A stretch of DNA of 64,000 nucleotides, from the NCBI RefSeq assembly GCF_009914755.1, contig NC_060934.1; one strand, 5' to 3'. Source of the DNA: the human T2T-CHM13v2.0 reference genome, Homo sapiens. The notes under the pieces are model-generated. The model searched no databases. It had not been told where the DNA came from and saw only the letters and a program-made list of their open reading frames with translations. Shown here piece by piece: positions 39,861-64,000 of the stretch. A program made the position numbers and the translations under genes. Every line of letters begins with the position of its first letter. Position 1 is the first letter of the stretch.

Positions 39861-40474
39861 GGCCGGGAGCAGTGGCTCACGCCTGTAATCCCAGCACGTT
39901 GGGGGCCGAGGCGGGCGAATCACGAGGTCGGAAGATGGAGAGCATCCTGGCTAACACGGTGAAACTCCTTCTCTACTAAAAATACAAAAAAATTAGCCAG
40001 GCGTGGTGGCTCGCGCGTATAGCCTCAGCTATTCGGGAGGCTGAGGCAGAACTGCCTGAACCTGGGAGGCAGAGGTTGCAGTGAGCCGAGATCGCTCCAC
40101 TGCACTCCAGCCCGGGCGACAGAGCAAGACTCCGTCTCAAAAAAAAAAAAAAAAAAATTGAGTAAATAAATAAATGGCAGAACCCAGATTCTTTTTTTCT
40201 TTTCTTTTTTCTTTGAGACAGGGTCTGACTCTGTCGCTCAGGCGCAGTGGCGCAATCTCGGCTTGCTGTAACCTCTGCCTCCTGTGTTCAAGCGATTCTC
40301 CTGCCTCAACCTGCTGAGTAGCTGGGATTACAGACATGCGCCATGATGCCCGGTTTTTAAATTTTTTTGTAGAGACAGGGTCTTGCTGTGTTACCCAGAC
40401 TGGTCTCAAAGTCCTGGGCACAAGCGATCCTCCCACCTGATCTAGGATTACAAGCATGAGCCACCACGTCCAGC
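39861..40474. mobile_element. Tail-to-tail Alu pair (39861-40157 +, 40190-40474 -)
   Basis: Sense Alu A tail followed about 30 bp later by the T tract of an antisense Alu. Confidence 0.88.
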
Positions 40475-41710
40475 CTACAGCCCAGATTATAACCCACATT
40501 ATTTACTTGTGACTAGATGTTAAATAGCACTTCTTTCTGTCTCAGTTTTGACAGAGGTCCTCCATACTCAGTTGCCAACTGCTTCCCCACATTCCGCAGC
40601 AAAGGAGGTGATCATAGCAGGGTTTTATGGATCTCATCCAAGAGTGACTCTGCTACAAGGGGCAAGGCAACCTCATTAGAAAACAATAGGAGACATAGAT
40701 TATGATGCAGAAGCTAAGATAACAGTCATAGGCTGTGAGTGGAAGGGGAGCTGTGGAGAGAGAAGCCCACAAAAGTCCCATGAGGAAGTCAGCCTAGAAC
40801 ATGACCTCAGGCAGAAGGAGCCCTTAACTCTCCTGTCCCCCATTCCCTCTCAATTCAGATGCAGCCCCTGGAATGAGACTTTGTGTAACTCAAAATGTAA
40901 CTCAGACCACTTTTTTAAATTATCTGAAGGTGAACAAGAAAGCTAAGGGACCTGTCTAGATTGCTCAACTGGCCCACATAGCATGTTTAAACAGACAGGG
41001 GACAGGGGAAAATAAAGCTCTTTATCAGTTGCCCACTGATTGTTCAACAGATGACTGTTTGCTCATTTCTGATCTGTCACGTACACACAGCTGAGTCCAA
41101 GCCCCAGGAGAACAGGGTTCTCTCCTGAAATCTCTCTGGTTCACTGCTGTATCCCCAGGTCTAGAGCACTGCCTGGCCCAGGTGCTCAGTACAGACCTGT
41201 TGAGTGAACAGATGTTCTTTAACACAGAAACAGTTAAAAGAGAATCAATGTTGTCGTTGTCTTAAGCCACTAAGTTTTCGGTGGTCTGTGTGTAGCAAGA
41301 GGTAGCTGATGCTGGGGCCTTGCACCCAGGCCACTCTCCATCTGCAAGGCAGAGCCCCTGGCCTTTAATTCCCCTCGGGCTGCATGTGGTCTTGGGGGCA
41401 CTTTCTTCAGGCTTGTTCTAAGCTGTTTTACAGGCTTGTTCTAAGCTGTTTCTTGTTCTAAGCTGCTTTGACCTCAAGCAAACACAGAGGAATGTGGGGG
41501 ACACATCATAGAAGACACTTCCTGATGAAGAGGAAGGAGGGATAAACAGGAACACCGTAAAGAAAAGAAGGGATCTAATTCCAGCTTGAAGACACACATT
41601 TTTTTCATCGTTCACCAGACAGCAGGACACGGGCAGCAGAGTGCAGACATCAGAAACAGTAAGAGTGGCAGTGGTCCCCTGAGTAAGGGATGCACAATGA
41701 CCTATTATAG

Positions 41711-42150
<440 letters not shown>

Positions 42151-42202
42151 TAAATTATAAATTAAAAGGACACACATATTCAAGTGTTTGCTCAAAAATC
42201 TT

Positions 42203-42208
42203 TTTACT
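42203..42208 (-). terminator. MSMB: MSMB non-canonical polyadenylation signal AGTAAA
   Basis: tttact on + strand about 90 nt after the stop; no AATAAA seen in this UTR; GT-rich element downstream. Confidence 0.65.
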
Positions 42209-42295
42209 GATAGGCATGGCTACACAATCATTGACTATTAGAGGCCAGAGGAGAATGAGGCCTGGCCTGGGAGCCCTGTGCCTACTAGAAGCACA

Positions 42296-55109
<12,814 letters not shown>

Positions 55110-55112
<3 letters not shown>

Positions 55113-55144
55113 TGTGATAAGCAGGACTCCTTATAGACAGGTAC
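55110..55144 (-). CDS. MSMB: MSMB exon 1: short 5' UTR plus the ATG only (55112-55110)
   Basis: GTACCTGTCTATAAGGAGTCCTGCTTATCACAATG|gtaggt, about 25 nt downstream of a TATA box. Confidence 0.9.
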
Positions 55145-55167
55145 ATCCAGGAAAAGCTGCATCAAAC

Positions 55168-55335
55168 TTTTATACTGGAGAGGGCAACCACGCATTCGAC
55201 ATCATTGGGAATGATAACAAGGTGAGAACACATTGAGTGTTTACAGAGGGTTGACTATCAAAAGGAAAGTATGGTTTCAGATGATTTATGAGTTATTAAT
55301 CAATCACATCTCCACCCAAGTTATGTGTTTACCTT
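55168..55335 (-). promoter_or_regulatory. MSMB: MSMB proximal promoter: TATAAAA (55174-55168), variant CRE TGATGTCG (55204-55197), GATA site, two FOXA motifs
   Basis: TATA at -30; TGTTTAC at 55238-55244 and 55326-55332; TGATAA at 55212-55217. Confidence 0.85.
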
Positions 55336-55885
55336 GTCCCCACCCCGATCTGCATTTGCTGCTGACCTAAAAGAGCAGAGGAAGAGAGAACTTCTCTTTG
55401 CTGAGCCTTCGCCCTATGCTGGTGGATTGCTAGCACGTGATGTGTCCTTATTCGATTTTATACACAAAGAAACAGAGCCTCAGCGATGCCAGTCACAACA
55501 GCCAGGTGGTAAAGGTGGGTTTCCTGAAGGCATAAGAATAGCCCACAGGTCAGCCCACCAGGCCCACCGGGCCTGGGTCTGTGGCCCAGATGACCCTGCC
55601 CTTAGGGTCTGACATGAGAACAGAAATGGGTCAAGCCATCCTGCAGGGCACAGGAGAGCAAGAACTACATACAGCTCGGGGTTCCCTGACAAGCTGAATT
55701 GCTGGACCTTTCTAGAGCCCTTCTTGAATCTGTAGTCTACTCCCTGCTGCATCAAGCAAGCCTTGTTTCTCTTTGTTCCACAGTGGTCTCCTCCCAAACA
55801 ACCGCACCTGCCCTCATCATGGCTAGGATGGCCTTTGGGGAATGGCAACAAGCAGAACCTCCTAGGGTGCTGGAGGGACTTACTA

Positions 55886-56281
55886 CTTTATCTGTTTGCT
55901 CTGGCCACCACAACAAAACACTGCAACTGGGTGGCTTTGACTAAAGAAATTTATTTGCTCACAGTTCTGGAGACTAGAAATGTGAGGTCAAGCCATTGGG
56001 GAAGGCTTGTTTTCCTCTGAGCCCTCTCTCTTTGGTTTGCAGATGGCCATGCTCTTGCTGCCTCTTACATGGCATGCATCCCTGGCATCTCTCTCTGTGT
56101 CCAAATTTCCTCTTCTGATAAGGACACTAGCTGTATTGGATTAGGGTCCACTCTAACTATCTCATTTTACCTAAGCCACCTCTTTAAAGGCCGTGTCTCC
56201 ATTACAGTCACATTCTGGGATATTGGGGGTTAGGGCTTAAACCAATGAATTTTTAGGGGATGCAATTGAGCTCATAAGACA
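55886..56281 (-). mobile_element. MLT1A/B-like MaLR solo LTR upstream of MSMB
   Basis: actgggtggctt..agaaatttatt.gctcacagttctggag and tcacattctg..tattgggggttagggctt motifs. Confidence 0.75.
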
Positions 56282-57484
56282 ATTTTATCCCAAAAAGTCC
56301 CCTCACTCCTCGCCACAGCTTGCTACAGTTCCTAAAATTTAACCTGAGATCCCTCTGCCCACAGATGAGAGTTCATGCTCCTAACCAGGGGATCCTTGAA
56401 GCTCATCTGAGCTGGCCACAGTGGCCCTTTCCAGCACCATCCTCTACCCTCCCTAAAATCAGCCTCACCACCCCTAACACAGCTTGAGGTCACTCTCCTG
56501 CTCCTTAGAAGAGCTGTAGTGCTGTCTGGCTGCCTCCTCACTCACCAACGGTGCCACACACTTCTGCCTTTACCTGCATAAGTTAAGTGTTCATCGACTC
56601 TAAGTTCCAGGAAATCGGGGCACATTCATCATGCACTGTAGCCCCTTGGATTCTTTTAAAACTCCAAGTTTGAAGAACTTCCCACAGTGTGAAGTGGGAA
56701 GTTCTGCCTTACATTGAGAGGAACTAGGATTTGCTGCCCTCACCTGCTTACCTCCAGGGTACAGGCACAAACCTCGGCTCCACAAACACTCTCCTCTCAA
56801 AAAGTCCTCTTCAGAGAGGGTCCAAGGACACTGGCATCATGCAGAATCTCCCTAGGAATGATGGTGTGGAGGGTTCTGGCTCTTAGGGCAAGGGTTTCTT
56901 GGAGTCCAGTGTGCAGTGTCAGTGCATGGGGGCTGTGACTGTGACTGGTAGCAAGGTGGTCTTGCTGGAGCCAAGCAGCAGTGTGGTTTCAGTGCTCTAC
57001 CTGAACTTGTGCCAAGAAAGCCTGTGTCTCTGGCCGTTAGTAGAGGCTTGAATTCTCTAACAAATCTCTTTCCACCTCAAATGACCTAGAGTAAATTCTA
57101 TTGTTTGCAGTTAAGAACTTTGTGACCCAGACAGTGACTGTGACCTATTCCTGTCTGTGTGCCTTCCAGTGACCAGCAGGGTGCCTGGTGCAAAGCAGCT
57201 GCCCAGAACAGGATTTCACCTGGGTTATCTCAGGTATTCCCAAGTAGAAAGTATCCTGGCAAGACCAACCCATATCACTGCTGAAATGAGCTCATCTACT
57301 GCTCCCCAGGGGTTGAGAAAGGGATGCTGAGAGCAGGTGTGGCCAGCTGCCCACAGGGAGGAAGGCAAATGAAATGAGCAGTGCTCTCCGGGTGTGTGAC
57401 AGCCAGCTCTGTCCAAACCTGCCTGATCAGTTTTCAGTGTTGATCCTACCTCAACTGTCATCCTTATAGATGGAACCAACTTAA

Positions 57485-59793
<2,309 letters not shown>

Positions 59794-59804
59794 ATCATTC
59801 CCAG

Positions 59805-60227
59805 TGTTAAAAGAACGTTAGACAAATTAAATTTAACAGAGTTTGATTGAGCAAAGAACCATTTGTGTGAATCAGGCAGCCCCCAGGCAAAAATAAGTTC
59901 AGAGAGACTCCTGCACTGCCTCATAGTCAAAGATTTATGGACAGAAAAAGGAAAGTGATGTACAGAAACTGGAAGTGAGGTACAGAAACAGATGGATTGG
60001 TGATGGCATGGTGCTTGGCTTATTTGAGTCCAGTTTCAACAGCTGGCCGCCTGTGAGTGGTTGAAGTCTGGCTGCTGTGATTAACTGAGACTCGGCTACT
60101 TGGTACGAGAGTAGGTGATAGCCTGTTTACACGTGCAGTTAGCTTACAGTTCACTATGTACAGAGAAACCATTAGGGTGAATTTAAAATATGTAAGGAGA
60201 AGGCTTTAGGCTAAACTTGATTTAACA
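59805..60227 (-). mobile_element. MER57B-like solo LTR (ERV1)
   Basis: - strand begins TGTTAAATCAAGTTTAGCCTAAAG; 4-bp TSD CCAG at 59801-59804 and 60228-60231. Confidence 0.82.
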
Positions 60228-62844
60228 CCAGGATCGGTGGGGTCTCCCCTTACCAGTCTTCAAGCTGATGACTTATCTCTCATCCACTTCCTCTCCCATC
60301 GTGCTCTAGAGCCTTTCCAAACCATGATCTCTTCTCTTAAACCTCTCACCCAACTGCCTACTTCATACGCAGAACACAATCTTATTTCGTATCTCACAGA
60401 GACCAGAGGTGAAAACTGCACCCCCACCCCTACCCTGCACATTGCCCTCCACCGGCTCCTGTTCTTTCCACTTTCCCTCTGGGTCCCTTCCTCACCCCAA
60501 ATACGCAATACGGATCCCATTCCCCTCCCCATCGGCCCCCATTCCTTCCCAGGGACCCCTCCATAAAAGCCAGCCTCCCCAAGACAAGCAGGCATGAAGG
60601 GACAGATGGAAAAGTGTTCAGTGTTCGAGGACTGCCCAATTCCCAGCCTGGCATAAGCCAGCCTCCCTGAGGGTCCACTTATACCCTGGCAATTTTACTT
60701 TGTAGAGCCCAATCTTTGTGATACCCTGTGGCAGGACCCGTTTTGGTATTCGTCAGGATTCTGTTCTGTTGGAAACCGAACTAAAATGAGCATGGGCAAA
60801 AAGAGACGTTTTCAGCTCAAGTGTTAAGTCCAGAGGTGGACCAGCTTCTGGACTGCGGGGCTTAGTCTAGGACAGACATTATGAGAGTTTTCACTCTGCA
60901 GAAACCAGAAAGACAGACTCTGCCCCCACCCATGGATTCATTTCTGCATAATCTCTTGCTTCAAAAATACAATAAGACAAATTCTCCATGCCAAAGGATG
61001 CAGTAGAGGGTCTTTTTACAGCAACAGAAATGCTGTAGGATGAACCCCCTATATGGAGTGAGGGTGACGGTGGGATAGAGATCCTGGATATCCAGGCAAA
61101 GAACTGGGTTGGAAAAGGAAGCCACTAATAGAATAGCGAGAAAGAACACTGTAAATGCTGTGAGCCACAGCTACTCTGGATACAGTGTCACAAGAGTGCA
61201 CTGGAATGCATTGAGGCTGACAAGCCAGGGACCAGGAAGACTGCTGGTGAATAATCTTTCTGGTTTTCTGTAAGGAACTTGGAAAGCTTATCCAGAGAGG
61301 TGTGAAAACAGCAGAAAAAACACTGGGACAAAGAAACGGGGCAAAAGCAAACATGTTCCAGGTTAGCCGCTGAGAAACCTAAGAAACAAAACCAGGTTTT
61401 GTCCCAGAGAAAAGGGAGACTTGGGCATCCCCTTGGAGGCCCGGAAGCTTCTTGTTTGTCAAGTGGATTAAAGGGTATTTGGTCAAGGATTGTGTGTTTA
61501 CAGCTTAAAGCAACTATGCACAGAACCCAGGAACTACCTGCCTCTCACGCTTTCAATGGATTGTCCCAGAGACTGCTCCCTTTTGTGAAGCTGATGTTTG
61601 TCTTGTGTTGAATGTAACACAGTCACAAGGAGGCTACGGTGACAGGGAGCTTGTATTTTCTTTCTGGATGTGGTATTCAAAGTGTTGAACAACCAGTATG
61701 GCTCAACCACTGACCCTTCAGTTCAGCTGCCAGAAGTCAGTCTGGGGGACCCTACTGTGCGAGGCTCTATTCCTTCTGTTTCTGGATGATGTTGAGGTCT
61801 GGAGGGGCCAGGATCCAACATGCTGAGTGGGGGCACTCAGGAGTGTTGGGCAGCAGCCACGTACCCACCAGTATATCTGAACTGATCTATACCAGCATCA
61901 CAGGCCCTTATTCTCCTCATAGAGCACATGCTAAGTAAATGCAGCCACTGAATCAGACAGAAGAACGCCAGCCAGCAACCTTCTGTCCTTACCATGAGCA
62001 GTGCCTTCCAGAACCACCCCAGGGTGGAGGGCTGAGAGGTGGGAAGGGAGCTGGAGCCTCTCATGTCCACACATGCATTACCTCAGGGATTTCCCAGCAA
62101 CACAACAAAACAGGCCTTCTCTCGCCCACTTTACCAGTGGGGCATTGAGGTTTCAGGATGGAAACAACTATTCAGGGTTTTCAGATGGTGAGAAAGAGTG
62201 AGAATTTAAACCCAGGCCTGAGATGAAGCAGGGACCTGTGCCACCACCCCGAACGCCACCATCAAGCATGGAAATAAAGGAAAATCTTGAGTGCCTTCAA
62301 GGGAAATTTCAGGCATCCAGCTAGCCCTGAGAAGTAAGTAAGTAACTTGTTAGGCAGGAAGGTAATAGTAGCCCAAAACAATAGCCAAGGAAGTTAGAGT
62401 CCGGAGATGTTTAGTTTTAGGAACTAAAGATAACATCTTAACACACGTCCTTGAGTTTGTCATTCAGAAACCTGGACCTCCATGTGGACCCCCACCAAAC
62501 GGATCTGCTGGCCTGCAGACCTCAGATAGAGGGAGCTGAGGACTGCACTCTGACCACCTTCTTTCATTCTAAATTTCTTCCGGAGGCTCCTGAAAGCCAC
62601 ACCCATGAGCTAAAGCTAATATTCTTTTCTGTTAACCCTGAATTTTCAGGCAAGGCATCGCCTCCTGAACCAACTACAAATCAAAGAATCTCTGAATCCA
62701 CCTATGACCTGTAAGCCCCTGCTTCAAGATATCTCACCTTTTTTAGGCCAAACCAATGTGTACCCTTCATGTACTGATTTACAATTTTATCTAACTTCTG
62801 CTGCTTTCCTGAAAATTTACCCCGCCTTTAAAAACCCTTACCTG

Positions 62845-63289
62845 TGTGAAAGGAAACTATGTTGGCCCTCCCAAATCACTAAGTTAAAGAGAAAATTCAA
62901 GCTGGGAACTGCTTAGGGCAAATCTGCCTCGCATTCTATTCAAAGTCATCCCTCTGCTCACTGAGATAAATGCATATCTGATTGCCTCCTTTGGAAAGGC
63001 TAATCAGAAACTCAAAAGAATGCAACCGTTTGTCTCTCACCTATCTGTGATCTGGAAGCCCACTGCCTGCTTCAAGTTGTCCTGCCTTTCCAGACCAAAC
63101 CAATGTTCATTTTACATATGTTGATTGATGGCTCATGTCTCCCTAAAAGGTATAAAACCAAGCTGTGCTCTGACCACCTTGGGCACATGTCGTCAGAACC
63201 TCCTGAGGGTGTGTCACGGGGGCATGTCCTCAACCTTGGCAAAATAAACTTTCTAAATTGACACTTGTCTCAGATTTTCAGGGTTCACA
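62845..63289 (+). mobile_element. MER4A/MER4A1-like solo LTR
   Basis: TGTGAAAGGAAA...GGGTTCACA termini, tataaaacc and aataaa signals, TSD (c/t)ctg. Confidence 0.8.
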
Positions 63290-63438
63290 TCTGCCAGCCA
63301 TCAGAGAGTTCAGGTTTTGAGCATGCGCTGCCTGGTCCCCCTTGCTCAGGGCTCTGTGAATAAACACCTTCCTTTCTAGTGCTGCAACTTCAGTGTGGAT
63401 ATCTGGACTTAACTGCACTGGGCAAGCCGACCCCAATT

Positions 63439-63903
63439 TGTCAAGCACGTCCGTGTGAAGAAACCACCAAACAGGCTTTGTATGAGGAATAAAACTTTTA
63501 ATTCACTTGGGTGCAGGTGGGCTGAGTCCGAAAAGAGTCAGCAAAGGGAGATGGGGAAGGGATTGCTTTATAGGAGTTGGGTAGGTAATGGAAAGTTACA
63601 GTAAAACGTGGTTATCTATTGTTAGCAGAGGAGGGGGTCACAAGGTACATAGTGGGGAGATCATAAGACTCATTGTCCAGAAGAAGAATGTCACAAAGTT
63701 GGTTGATCAGCTAAGGTAGGGCAGGGACAAGTCACAATGGTAAAATGTTGTAATTTTGGTTACTCAGTTAAGGCAGGAACTGGCTGTTTTACTTTGTGGG
63801 TTTTTTGGCTGCTCCAGACTTCTTGGTTCCTGCAGGCCATCTGGACATATATGTGCAGGTCACAGGGGTTATAATAGCTGAGCTTCAGCTCAGAGGCCTG
63901 ACA
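63439..63903 (-). mobile_element. HERV-H solo LTR (LTR7C-like)
   Basis: - strand begins TGTCAGGCCTCTGAGC; 5-bp TSD CAATT at 63434-63438 and 63904-63908. Confidence 0.85.
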
Positions 63904-63947
63904 CAATTCAGTTATATAATAGTCCTAATGACCCAAAAGCCAGTACT

Positions 63948-63950
<3 letters not shown>

Positions 63951-63984
<34 letters not shown>

Positions 63985-64000
63985 AGATGGAGTCTCGCGC
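63951..64000 (-). mobile_element. Alu 3' end cut by the window edge
   Basis: T tract followed by gagatggagtctcgc. Confidence 0.85.

Larger units (their letters stand above)
62224..63920 (+). mobile_element. MER39-like LTR (ERV1) hosting two nested LTRs
   Basis: caagcatggaaataaaggaaaatcttgagt..ccttcaagggaaatt..tagccctgagaagtaa motif; sequence resumes after each insertion. Confidence 0.65.

Noticed and set aside
56742-56850. Two good donor-like sites (GAG|GTAAGC, CAG|GTGAGG) upstream of MSMB as an alternative first exon
   Set aside because: No ATG in frame with exon 2 and no promoter evidence in the sequence; transcript data would be needed.

Overview
Human genomic DNA, Alu-dense, recognisable as the 10q11.22 TIMM23-NCOA4-MSMB locus. 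It holds the last intron and terminal exon of TIMM23 (+). It holds all of NCOA4 (-): 614 aa in 9 coding exons, two CpG-island first exons, an optional N-terminal-extension exon and an optional C-terminal exon. It also holds all of MSMB (-): 114 aa in 4 exons. Exon boundaries were read by hand from GT-AG sites and the reading frames close exactly. Repeats include about 45 Alus, a near-full-length Tigger1, several solo LTRs (MER11, MLT2, MLT1, MER57, and a MER39/MER4A/LTR7C nest) and L1M fragments; repeat names come from recalled consensus sequences, not a search. The MSMB promoter carries the CRE-disrupting allele at -57 (rs10993994 position). Most of the supplied ORF track is Alu-derived or antisense noise. 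No new protein-coding gene is evident. The best leads are: (1) competing inverted Alus around the 984-nt stop-free NCOA4 exon 8, predicting skipping plus a circRNA with an endless ORF; (2) a higher-order repeat of 52-bp mini-Alus and GAAAT satellite next to an inverted Alu junction; (3) a Tigger1-supplied splice donor for the alternative NCOA4 C-terminus; (4) an in-frame MSMB signal peptide-NCOA4 read-through fusion. All four are inferences that need testing.
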